NCBI GenBank assembly: GCA_017608705.1
Contig: JAFCFJ010000007.1
Coordinates: 1-56,546, forward strand
From: Candidatus Pacearchaeota archaeon
GTDB taxonomy: Archaea > Nanobdellota > Nanobdellia > Pacearchaeales > GW2011-AR1
Direction of reading: 5' to 3'
DNA length: 56,546 bases
The translations under genes were made by a program, and so were the position numbers. The notes under the pieces are model-generated. The model was not told the origin of the DNA and did no database searches. It saw only the letters and a program-made list of their open reading frames with translations. How positions within the stretch are numbered: position 1 is the first letter of the stretch; each line of letters begins with the position of its first letter. Positions 25,878-33,875 of this stretch are shown in pieces.

Positions 25878-27290
25878 TCAATCTAGACTTTCACCATCTA
25901 TTGTTATGCAGTAAGGTGTTCCTATCTCATCATTTCTCGCGTAACGTCTGCCAATGCTACCAGCATCATCATACACACATGTAAATCTTTCTTTCAGCTG
26001 CATATAAACCTCCCGTGCCAACTCAGGTATGCCTTCTTTATTAACAAGAGGCAAAACCGCAAGGTCGAGAGGTGCGACACGTGGCGGAAATCTGAACACA
26101 GCGGTATCGCTTTGTTCCTTGCTCTTATCATAGAAAATATCGAGCAGCGCCCAAATATTCCTGTCTATGCCAAAACTCAGCTCAATTACATGCGGGATGA
26201 AACGTTTTCCTTCGTGGAATATTTCGAGGTTCTTGCCAGAAACCTTTGCGTGGCCTTTCAAATCATGGTCTGTCCTGTAGTGCACGCCAGCAACTTCCTT
26301 GAAACCGCCAAGTGTGTCAAGCAAAAGTTCAACATCAAAGTGAATCTTGTTGTAAAATGCTCTCTCTGCCTCACCCAATTCGCGAAGTCTGAAGCGGTCG
26401 CGAGGTATGGCAACGAGGTCAAGATAAAAACGCTGTACTGCAACAAGATAGTAAAGGTAAAGTCTCGGTAAACCTTTCTTATTCAAATCCTCACAACTAA
26501 GCTCTGTCACATCATTGCTTCCAGCGAACTTTACCCTCAGCTTGTAGCCCTTAATTTCTCGCCATGCCTCCTCGCTTATGCTGTCAAGCTTCGATGGATC
26601 AAAGAAAATCTGTAATTCAGCTTGCGTAAATTCTCGAAGTCTGAAAAAAAGCTGTCTCGGCGAGATTTCATTGCGGAACGCCTTACCGATTATGGCAAGA
26701 CCGAGCGGAAGTTTCTTGCGTGTTGCCTCAAACTCTTGCTTGAAAGCAAGATATGCTTGCTGTGCTGTTTCAGGCGAAAGATAAGCTATCTCGCCGTTGA
26801 AACCAAGTTGCGTGCAGAACATCATGTTGAACCATTTCGCCTCTGAAAGTTCGCCACCACACTTCGGACATTTTAGCTCTTGCTCTTTGATTATCTTATT
26901 GATTTCATCAAGCTCAAAGCTCTCCATGTTGAAACCGCTATCCTCTATAAGCTGATCCGCACGAAACCTGAAGTGGCATTTTTTGCATTCAACAAGAGGA
27001 TCATTGAAATTTTCTATATGGCCTGAAGCCCTGAAAACAGGCTCTGGCAATATACAATTACTCTCGATTTCCCAGAAATTGTCATGCAAGGAAAGAAAAT
27101 AAGAGCGCCATAGGTTCTCGAATTTTCGTTTCATCAGCGTGCCTATATGCCCGTATGTGTAAAAACCTGCGCGACCGCCGTAAATCTCAGCTGTCTGGAA
27201 GAAAAATCCACGACGAGACGCAATAGCTAAGATATCGTTAAGCTTTTGCACCGAGCTTGCTTCTTTATTCTTGGGCTTAGCCTTAGCCAT
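25878..27290 (-). CDS. glyS: glycyl-tRNA synthetase (archaeal/eukaryotic alpha2 type), C-terminally short
   Basis: RRGFFFQTAEIYGGRAGFYTYGHIGTLMKRKFENLWR, FRNEISPR and GIDR are present. The anticodon-binding domain ends at SIGRRYARNDEIGTPYCITIDGESLD and lacks the usual last ~30 aa. Confidence 0.9.
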   Translation of the reverse strand: MAKAKPKNKEASSVQKLNDILAIASRRGFFFQTAEIYGGRAGFYTYGHIGTLMKRKFENLWRSYFLSLHDNFWEIESNCILPEPVFRASGHIENFNDPLVECKKCHFRFRADQLIEDSGFNMESFELDEINKIIKEQELKCPKCGGELSEAKWFNMMFCTQLGFNGEIAYLSPETAQQAYLAFKQEFEATRKKLPLGLAIIGKAFRNEISPRQLFFRLREFTQAELQIFFDPSKLDSISEEAWREIKGYKLRVKFAGSNDVTELSCEDLNKKGLPRLYLYYLVAVQRFYLDLVAIPRDRFRLRELGEAERAFYNKIHFDVELLLDTLGGFKEVAGVHYRTDHDLKGHAKVSGKNLEIFHEGKRFIPHVIELSFGIDRNIWALLDIFYDKSKEQSDTAVFRFPPRVAPLDLAVLPLVNKEGIPELAREVYMQLKERFTCVYDDAGSIGRRYARNDEIGTPYCITIDGESLD

Positions 27291-27383
27291 AGCTGAAAAA
27301 CTGCTGGAAGCTATATAAGCTTTTCTGAGCTTTCCAAAAAAATTATGCGGAAAATTTTAAAAGCTTCTCGCCGTGCTTAAATT

Positions 27384-27457
27384 GGGCCCGTAGCTCAACA
27401 GGATAGAGCGACAGCCTTCTAAGCTGTAGGTTGCAGGTTCGAGTCCTGCCGCAGAAA
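27384..27457 (+). tRNA. tRNA-Arg (TCT) with a non-pairing 3' acceptor strand (apparently 3'-truncated)
   Basis: GGGCCCG TA GCTC AACAGGATA GAGC G ACAGC CTTCTAA GCTGT AGGTT GCAGG TTCGAGT CCTGC is followed by CGCAGAA, where CGGGCCC is expected. Only 2 of the 7 acceptor pairs can form. Confidence 0.6.
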
Positions 27458-27510
27458 AATTTATAAATGGTTGTGCATATTATTATCACAAGTGCAAAAA
27501 ATTTGCACAA
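27456..27510 (+). promoter_or_regulatory. TATA box plus palindromic operator upstream of the trx-trxB-wHTH operon
   Basis: AAAATTTATAAATGG is followed by TTGTGCATA (27471-), then the perfect palindrome GTGCAAA-AAA-TTTGCAC (27492-27508), which ends 2 nt before the ATG at 27511. Confidence 0.55.
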
Positions 27511-27921
27511 ATGGATATCAACGAGCTGAGGAGAAAAAAGCTTGAAGAGATAAGAAAAAATTTGGAGGTAGGTAAAATGGAAAATAGAGAAAAAGTTGAA
27601 ATAGAAGTGAATGATGAAAATTTCCAGCAAGAGGTTATCGAGAAATCAAAAGAGGTGCCTGTTGTAGTAGATTTTTGGGCTGCTTGGTGCATGCCGTGCA
27701 TGATGCTCGCGCCAGTACTTGAAAAACTAGCCCATGAATATGGCGGAAAGTTTGTGTTGGCAAAGCTGAATGTTGATAATGCACCGGTAACAGCACAGAG
27801 CTATGGCGTTATGAGTATACCAACAGTAAAAATGTTTAAGAATGGCAAAGTTGTTGATGAGTTCATTGGTGCTATGCCCGAAGAAATGGTAAGGACCTGG
27901 CTCGACAAAAACCTAAGCTAA
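27511..27921 (+). CDS. trx: thioredoxin (active site WCMPC)
   Basis: VVVDFWAAWCMPCMMLAPVLEKLA...MSIPTVKMF. An alternative start is the ATG at 27577, preceded by GGAGGT, which would give a more typical length. Confidence 0.9.
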   Translation: MDINELRRKKLEEIRKNLEVGKMENREKVEIEVNDENFQQEVIEKSKEVPVVVDFWAAWCMPCMMLAPVLEKLAHEYGGKFVLAKLNVDNAPVTAQSYGVMSIPTVKMFKNGKVVDEFIGAMPEEMVRTWLDKNLS

Positions 27922-27922
27922 G

Positions 27923-28846
27923 ATGCGCGACCTAATAATACTTGGGAGCGGTCCTGCTGGACTTACAGCAGCTATTTATGCCAGTCGCTACAATATAAAG
28001 CCACTGATCATAGCCCGCGATCTTGGCATAGCCACGGAGTCGCACAGAATAGATAACTATCCTGGAATATATGGTGTAACTGGTCTTGAACTCATACAAA
28101 GATTTCAGGAACATGCAAAAAAACTTGGTGCGGAACTTGTAACAAGTGAGATTTTGTCAATAAAAAAGACAGAGGAGGGATTCAAAATTAAAACATCAGA
28201 GCAGGAGTTTGAGGCAAAAGCTATAATTTATGCGCTCGGCGGAAAAAAGAATAAGCTAGGAATTCCCGGTGAGAAAGAGCTAGTTGGTAAGGGCGTAAGC
28301 TACTGTGCAACATGTGATGCCCCATTCTACAAAGAAAAAAATGTGGCAGTAATAGGCGGTTCTGACTCTGCTTTGCAATCAGCACTACTGCTCGCGAAGT
28401 TTGCAAATAAGGTATATATCGTTTACCGTAGAGCTAAATTTTTCAGACCATTCCCTGCCCTTGTAAATGAAATTGAGAATAATAAAAAGATAGAAACTAT
28501 TTTCAATCATGTACCTATAGAAATCAAAGGCAAGGAAAAAGTAGAGAGCATTATAATTCAGCATGTCGAAAACCAGAAAAAGCAGGAGCTTGCTATCGAT
28601 GGTGTTTTCATAGAGATTGGTCATGAACCAAACACCGAGCTCGTGGCTGATATGCTTGACTTAGATGAAAATAAAAGAATAAAAGTTAATGCTGACATGA
28701 GCACAAGCATGCCTGGTTTGTTTGCTGCTGGCGACTGCACGAATGGCTCAAACATGCTGGACCAAATTGTTACAGCAGCGGCAGAAGGAGCTATTGCTGC
28801 CACCACCACCTATAGGTATCTTACAAGATTGAAAACCAAAAAATGA
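27923..28846 (+). CDS. trxB: thioredoxin-disulfide reductase
   Basis: FAD motif ILGSGPAGLTAAIYASR, redox-active CATCDAPF, NADPH motif VIGGSDSA, and AAGDC. Confidence 0.9.
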   Translation: MRDLIILGSGPAGLTAAIYASRYNIKPLIIARDLGIATESHRIDNYPGIYGVTGLELIQRFQEHAKKLGAELVTSEILSIKKTEEGFKIKTSEQEFEAKAIIYALGGKKNKLGIPGEKELVGKGVSYCATCDAPFYKEKNVAVIGGSDSALQSALLLAKFANKVYIVYRRAKFFRPFPALVNEIENNKKIETIFNHVPIEIKGKEKVESIIIQHVENQKKQELAIDGVFIEIGHEPNTELVADMLDLDENKRIKVNADMSTSMPGLFAAGDCTNGSNMLDQIVTAAAEGAIAATTTYRYLTRLKTKK

Positions 28847-29187
28847 TAACTTTCGCGTGTCGTAAAATCAAGATAGAAGAAGTAATTCGTTGTGCATTAG
28901 CCCTAAATAGAACAGAATACCAAGTTCTTATGTTTCTTTTTGATAAAAAAGAGGGTTTCAGGGTAATAGAGATAGCAAAAAATCTTGGTGTTGATAGAAC
29001 AACAGTACAAAAGGCAATAAAAAGTTTGCTGGAAAAGAACTTGGTAAAAAGGAGTCAGAAAAATCTTGTAAGGGGAGGCTACATATTCCTTTATAGCGTG
29101 AAAGATAAAGAAGAAATCAAAAAGCGAATCATAGACATAATTGAGAAATGGCATAATACTGCTGTAGAAAAAATAAAAAATCTCTAA
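28843..29187 (+). CDS. winged-helix transcriptional regulator (TrmB/MarR/ArsR-like)
   Basis: LNRTEYQVLMFLFDKKEGFRVIEIAKNLGVDRTTVQKAIKSLLEKNLVKR. The ATGA start overlaps the trxB stop. Confidence 0.6.
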   Translation: MITFACRKIKIEEVIRCALALNRTEYQVLMFLFDKKEGFRVIEIAKNLGVDRTTVQKAIKSLLEKNLVKRSQKNLVRGGYIFLYSVKDKEEIKKRIIDIIEKWHNTAVEKIKNL

Positions 29188-29226
29188 GAAAAAGTTTATT
29201 AACCAAAAAAAGAAAACTAATTCTGT

Positions 29227-29299
29227 GCAGGGGTGGCCCAGCGGCTACGGCGCACGGCTGCAGACCGTGTTTTCCCGGGTTCGAGTCCCGGCCCCTGCT
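29227..29299 (+). tRNA. tRNA-Cys (GCA)
   Basis: Acceptor GCAGGGG/CCCCTGC, anticodon arm CACGG-CTGCAGA-CCGTG, T arm CCGGG-TTCGAGT-CCCGG, and discriminator U73, which is the Cys identity element. Confidence 0.9.
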
Positions 29300-29305
29300 C
29301 TCAAA

Positions 29306-29551
29306 ATGAAAATCGCTATGCTAATATTAGGATTTGCCCTTATAATGATAGGGCTAACCATAATGCTCCTTGCAGTAAAAGAAAAGCAAGAAACAAAGCA
29401 AAAAGTTCAGATAGGTATAGGTGGTTTTATAGGACCTATACCTTTCGGATTTTTTAACTCAAAGCAAGCATTACTCCTATGGATAACAACATTGGTATTA
29501 ATGATTATACTCTTCGCCATTTTATCCATAATGTTCAGGCTCATAGGCTAA
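29306..29551 (+). CDS. small hypothetical membrane protein
   Basis: The track ORF 29225-29551 begins inside tRNA-Cys. I trimmed it to the ATG at 29306 (MKIAMLILGF...). It has three hydrophobic helices. Confidence 0.4.
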   Translation: MKIAMLILGFALIMIGLTIMLLAVKEKQETKQKVQIGIGGFIGPIPFGFFNSKQALLLWITTLVLMIILFAILSIMFRLIG

Positions 29552-29552
29552 A

Positions 29553-30458
29553 ATGAAAATCAAAATAACTTTTTTGGGCACGTCACAAGCTGTGCCGACA
29601 GCAACAAGAAACCATACAGCAATCCATATAAGTTATGCTAATGAAAATATTCTGGTTGATTGTGGTGAAGGTACGCAAAGACAGTTCAGGAAAGCAAAAA
29701 TAAATCCATGCAAACTCACCCGAATCCTCATTACGCACTGGCATGGCGACCATGTACTTGGCTTGCCTGGCCTACTGCAAACATTGGCATTGAACAACTA
29801 CAACAAGACACTTCATATCTATGGACCCCTTGGTACGAAAGATTCCCTCGATAAGATTATGGACACATTTGTTTTTGTTTCTCGCGACCAATTAAAACTA
29901 AGCATTCACGAAGTACCTGACGGGCTTGTCTTCGAAACCCCTGATTTTTTCGTCGAGGCAAGAAAAATGCATCATGGCATAGCATGCCTTGCATATCGCT
30001 TTGTGGAAAAAGACAGGGTAAAGCTGGATAAGAAAAAATTTACACGCTATGGACTGAGCGAAAGCCCTATATTGAAGGTGCTGAAAGAAAAAGGAAAGAT
30101 AAAATGGAAAGGAAAAACAATAAGATTAGAGCAAGTAAGCAAGATTGTAAAAGGAAGAAAGATAGCACTAATTCTTGACACAAAGCTTAACAAGAATTGT
30201 TATGAGATAGCAAAAAATGCAGACTTGCTTATATGTGAAGCAACATACAGCCAAGAAGATGCTGAAAAAGCTAAGGAATATAAACATTTAACAGCAAAGG
30301 AGGCTGCTGAGATAGCAAAAAAGGCAAAAGCAAAGAAACTTATTCTCACACACATCTCACAACGTTACGAAAAGAAGGAAGAAATACTGTTGAAAGAAGC
30401 AAAGAAAATTTTCAGAAACACGAGCATAGCAAAAGATCTAGAAAAAATAGAGGTATAA
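29553..30458 (+). CDS. rnz: ribonuclease Z (tRNA 3' endonuclease)
   Basis: Metallo-beta-lactamase motif ILITHWHGDHVLGLPGLLQT, plus LTHISQRY at the C-terminus. Confidence 0.9.
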   Translation: MKIKITFLGTSQAVPTATRNHTAIHISYANENILVDCGEGTQRQFRKAKINPCKLTRILITHWHGDHVLGLPGLLQTLALNNYNKTLHIYGPLGTKDSLDKIMDTFVFVSRDQLKLSIHEVPDGLVFETPDFFVEARKMHHGIACLAYRFVEKDRVKLDKKKFTRYGLSESPILKVLKEKGKIKWKGKTIRLEQVSKIVKGRKIALILDTKLNKNCYEIAKNADLLICEATYSQEDAEKAKEYKHLTAKEAAEIAKKAKAKKLILTHISQRYEKKEEILLKEAKKIFRNTSIAKDLEKIEV

Positions 30459-30493
30459 CTAAAAGAATTCTGACTAGGAGAAGAAAGCGAGAA

Positions 30494-30733
30494 CTATTGT
30501 GATGCTGCCGGAGAAATAAATATGATTGTATCGCCACGCAAGAATGTCAGGCCTATGTTTCTCTTTACCTCTCCGTTCTCTACTTCCTTGGCGTTGTCAA
30601 GCACTATATTTATGTGTATGTCAAAAGCGAGCAATGTTCCTACAAGTTGCTTCTCGTTTTTCAGCTGCACAAGTATTTCCTTTCCCTTCGAGTTGTTAAG
30701 CAAGTCAAGCGGTCGCTCGATTCCGTTTACCAT
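30494..30733 (-). CDS. Sm-like (LSm) archaeal protein
   Basis: Sm1/Sm2 motifs: RPLDLLNNSKGKEILVQLKNEKQLVGTLLAFDIHINIVLDNA...FLRGDTIIFISP. Confidence 0.9.
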   Translation of the reverse strand: MVNGIERPLDLLNNSKGKEILVQLKNEKQLVGTLLAFDIHINIVLDNAKEVENGEVKRNIGLTFLRGDTIIFISPAASQ

Positions 30734-30842
30734 GCTACTCTCTTGCGAGGTGGCTTTTTAAACTTTTCTTTTCTCCAATATCCATATTTTTCCGTCGTAT
30801 ATCAGAGGTAAATTTATTAATCCATCTATCTCTAATTTCGAT

Positions 30843-31574
30843 ATGGATATAGAAAGTTGGCTTTCTGCGCTACAGGTAAAAAATCCAAAAATGGCTATCA
30901 TGCTTGAAAGTGTGTATTCATATAACATCCAGTTTGTTACAAATAAGAAGGAAGAAGAAAAGCTGAAAAAAATTTTGCATGCTATGACAATAGCAGACAG
31001 AAAAGTATTTGTGCCACAAAACATAGCTGACTTAGCTTACCAAGATACAGCATTGCATATAGGACATGGCCAAACAATAAGTCAACCAAGCACTGTTGCA
31101 AGAATGTTGATGCTTCTGCGGGCTGAGAAAGGAAATTATGTACTCGAAGTGGGTACAGCATCTGGCTGGAACGCATGCCTGCTTGCATTACAAGATTGCG
31201 CCGTTGAAACAATAGAAAGAATACCCGAGCTTGCAAAAAAAGCAAAAACAAACATAGATCTGCTAAAAGAAAGATTGTCTAAATCAAGAATGAAAAAGTA
31301 CAGAGAAAAACTTGAAAATATCGTTGTTAAGCAAAAGAATTTTTTTGATATAGGTAGAAAAAAATATGACAGGATTATAATTACCGCAGGAATTCCTGAC
31401 AAAAAAGTAGAGATATTAGTCGAGAAAAAAATCGACGAGCTACTGAAAAACGGCGGAGTTGCTGTTTGTCCATATACCGAAGGCCCTATAGCTGTATATG
31501 AAAGGATTAACGGCAAATTAAAGAAAAGATTTACCCAAGAACATTACTTATTTGTTCCACTTCTAACTGAATAA
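30843..31574 (+). CDS. pcm: protein-L-isoaspartate O-methyltransferase
   Basis: GHGQTISQPSTVARMLMLL, the SAM motif VLEVGTASGWNACLLA, and YDRIIITAG. There is an inserted Lys-rich segment. Confidence 0.8.
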   Translation: MDIESWLSALQVKNPKMAIMLESVYSYNIQFVTNKKEEEKLKKILHAMTIADRKVFVPQNIADLAYQDTALHIGHGQTISQPSTVARMLMLLRAEKGNYVLEVGTASGWNACLLALQDCAVETIERIPELAKKAKTNIDLLKERLSKSRMKKYREKLENIVVKQKNFFDIGRKKYDRIIITAGIPDKKVEILVEKKIDELLKNGGVAVCPYTEGPIAVYERINGKLKKRFTQEHYLFVPLLTE

Positions 31575-31675
31575 TTTTATCTCTCAGATGGTAGTAATTT
31601 TTCTACGAAAACTTTATAAATTAAAAGCTGTTTCTCAACATATAGTTTTGAAAATATAGACTAAGGGAGAGCAAA

Positions 31676-31942
31676 ATGAAAGATCCATTCGATCTGTTTT
31701 TCAGAAGAAAACCAGCATTAATGCTTGTGGCATTGAAAAAAATCACAAAGGCAAAATATGGAAGTGTTCTTGCCAAAGAGGTTGATTGCACTTACAGTCA
31801 TGCTGTAAAAATTTTACAAGCCTTGGAAAAACTTGGTCTCGTAACATTTGAAAAGAAAGGCAGAACAAAGCTGATAAAGCTCACGAAAAAAGGCGAGGAA
31901 ATTGCCAACAACATAGCCAACATAAAAAGAGCATTAGAGTAA
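31676..31942 (+). CDS. small winged-helix DNA-binding protein
   Basis: YGSVLAKEVDCTYSHAVKILQALEKLGLVTFEKKGRTKLIKLTKKGEEIA. GGGAGAG lies upstream of the ATG. Confidence 0.55.
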   Translation: MKDPFDLFFRRKPALMLVALKKITKAKYGSVLAKEVDCTYSHAVKILQALEKLGLVTFEKKGRTKLIKLTKKGEEIANNIANIKRALE

Positions 31943-31962
31943 ATACCAATAACAGCGAATTA

Positions 31963-32532
31963 TTATGCTTTTCCCTTGCTTTCTCCGAGAACAATCCCTC
32001 TTGCTATGATATGCGCAACTCTGAGTGGTTCAGGAATATCTCCATGTGTGCATGACAGCCTGAGTAATTCTTTCACATCATTCTCGGTACAACCAGCAAA
32101 CTGAAAATAGATTCTTCTTTTTCCGACAGCTAGACTCTTTATACCGCCTGCTCTCTTTACATATGAAATCGCTTCAGGATTTATTTTGGAAAGAGCAGAA
32201 AGAAATTTTTTCATCTTTGGCTTTTTACGCATATATGCGATAACGCCAAGTCCTGTCTTCTCGTAAACTTGTGCAATATCCACCACATTGAAACCCCCGA
32301 GGCAAATTCCATCAAGCATAATAAACTGCAACTGTTCCTTATGTCTCGAGCCATTTATTGCCCTTATCAGCTGATTTGTAGCATCACAACCATCCCTCTT
32401 TACATAGAAACTGAGCAGTCCGTCAAGCCAATCACCACCACGAAATATTGTGGCTATACACAACACCTTTTTATCTTTCTTGCTGAATGGAGCATCATCT
32501 ATGCCAGCAATCCTAACCTGCCTTTTCAACAT
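31963..32532 (-). CDS. DUF99 (UPF0215) endonuclease V-like protein
   Basis: VRIAGIDDAPF...IATIFRGGDWLDGLL...MLDGICLGGFNVVD is typical of the archaeal DUF99/COG1628 family. Confidence 0.75.
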   Translation of the reverse strand: MLKRQVRIAGIDDAPFSKKDKKVLCIATIFRGGDWLDGLLSFYVKRDGCDATNQLIRAINGSRHKEQLQFIMLDGICLGGFNVVDIAQVYEKTGLGVIAYMRKKPKMKKFLSALSKINPEAISYVKRAGGIKSLAVGKRRIYFQFAGCTENDVKELLRLSCTHGDIPEPLRVAHIIARGIVLGESKGKA

Positions 32533-32876
32533 TTTTCCAGAAAACTTCGTAAGCCTTCTATATGGCTCAGTCCAGCTTTTAAGAGTTCATCCCTCAACGT
32601 GCTGTCAAGTCGCGCGCCCCTCATAGAAAGCTCGCGCTTGAGGAACTTGTAAAGCTTCCGTCCAGCTTTGTCGAAATCCGTCAGGATACAAATTTTATCC
32701 TTACCGCTTAGTTCAACTAATTCCTCTATTAGTTCATAGATACTTTTTCCTGTCTGATTTATTTGGAATACTTTCTCAAAGCCCAGCTCTCTCAGAACAA
32801 TGGCATCGCGTTTTCCCTCTACAACAATCCAGTAACTCTTTGCCCTATCCAGAGTCTTTTGTAATGTCTGTTTCAT
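32526..32876 (-). CDS. small Toprim-domain protein (COG1658 / RNase M5-like)
   Basis: WIVVEGKRDAIVLRELGF carries the Toprim Glu. ICILTDFDKAGRKL carries the DxD. The gene overlaps the DUF99 gene by 7 nt and starts 9 nt after the tRNA-Lys 3' end. Confidence 0.65.
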   Translation of the reverse strand: MKQTLQKTLDRAKSYWIVVEGKRDAIVLRELGFEKVFQINQTGKSIYELIEELVELSGKDKICILTDFDKAGRKLYKFLKRELSMRGARLDSTLRDELLKAGLSHIEGLRSFLEKC

Positions 32877-32884
32877 GTGTAAAA

Positions 32885-32958
32885 TGGTCCCGACGGGATT
32901 CGAACCCGCGACACCCGGCTTAAGAGGCCGGTGCTCTGCCAGGCTGAGCTACGGGACC
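32885..32958 (-). tRNA. tRNA-Lys (CTT)
   Basis: The minus strand reads GGTCCCG TA GCTC AGCCTGGCA GAGC A CCGGC CTCTTAA GCCGG GTGTC GCGGG TTCGAAT CCCGT CGGGACC A. A TTTTTATAT box lies about 25 nt upstream. Confidence 0.9.
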
Positions 32959-33816
32959 AAAACTAGCAGGAAAGCCTTGATATAAAAATTTATCTTTCTC
33001 ATCTGTTTTCTCTCCACATGTCACGATAGTTCCATCAAACTTATGCGCTTTTCCAACAGACTCATGGAAGTGTGCTGAAACAAGTTTCTTAATGCCATAC
33101 TTCTCGATAAGCATCCTCAACATGAGATTCCCCCTGTTTTCTTTTTTCTCAACAATGGGCAGTTTATCGACATCGAGCTCAAGCGCATGCTCATAGGGCA
33201 TCACACTGCCTCGTGGCATTTTCTCGAGATAGCAACCATACATAATGAAGAAATCTTCAACTACTTCAAAAAAATGCGCAACATCTATGGCATTGCTATG
33301 ATAAAACCTTGGCGGCACGTGGGAAAACACAAGAGCTTTTTCCGGATTTCTAGCCTTCCTAAGTCTCCTATCTAGAGAAACAGCATAAAAACTTCGGTCT
33401 TCATCAACCATATAACCTTCTCTATCACTGAATACAAAGCCTTTACCGATAGCATCACCTGCGTGCCAGTCAGAGCCTGGCAAAAATAAAACCTCATGCT
33501 CTCGCTGCGCGATAACAGGAACATCAACCGCACTGATTATATTCTGATATTTGTGAGAGAAGATATCGAGCAGATCATTAAACTCTTTCGCTAACTCGTG
33601 GCTTCCTGGCAAGACAAAAGTTTCAATACCGCTTTTGCCAATATATTCGAGAACCTGTTCCAAAAATTCTGAACCACTTATCTCTCTATTCTTGTCACCT
33701 ATTATATCTCCATTGAGCACAAATCTCTCGATTTCATACTCTTTCCTAAGCATATTCAAAGTTGCATAAAATAAGTCAGGACTTGCTTCATGAATGTCAG
33801 AGATAATACCGTATCT
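32920..33816 (-). CDS. calcineurin-like metallophosphoesterase
   Basis: MRYGIISDIHE, LNGDIIGD and PGSHE are present. I set the start at the ATG at 33816. The 3' end reads through the tRNA-Lys promoter and 39 nt of the tRNA itself. Confidence 0.7.
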   Translation of the reverse strand, partial: RYGIISDIHEASPDLFYATLNMLRKEYEIERFVLNGDIIGDKNREISGSEFLEQVLEYIGKSGIETFVLPGSHELAKEFNDLLDIFSHKYQNIISAVDVPVIAQREHEVLFLPGSDWHAGDAIGKGFVFSDREGYMVDEDRSFYAVSLDRRLRKARNPEKALVFSHVPPRFYHSNAIDVAHFFEVVEDFFIMYGCYLEKMPRGSVMPYEHALELDVDKLPIVEKKENRGNLMLRMLIEKYGIKKLVSAHFHESVGKAHKFDGTIVTCGEKTDEKDKFLYQGFPASFGPVAQPGRAPAS

Positions 33817-33875
33817 CATAAAAGAAAAAGCAAAGAACAATTTTTAAACCTTCCGAAAAAGTAGTCACTACAAAG

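Noticed and set aside
27384-27460. Split or trans-spliced tRNA, or an integrase att-site remnant, as the explanation for the truncated tRNA-Arg
   Set aside because: Known split tRNAs break at the anticodon or D-arm region, not at position 67-68. No integrase, direct repeat or complementary leader is visible in this window. I kept the locus only as an unexplained truncation.
27343-27630. 95-aa minus-strand ORF spanning tRNA-Arg and the trx start; similar ORFs at 45815-46024 and 55166-55357 across tRNA-Val and tRNA-Gln
   Set aside because: Each overlaps a tRNA gene and the start of a well-supported plus-strand gene, so they are not credible.
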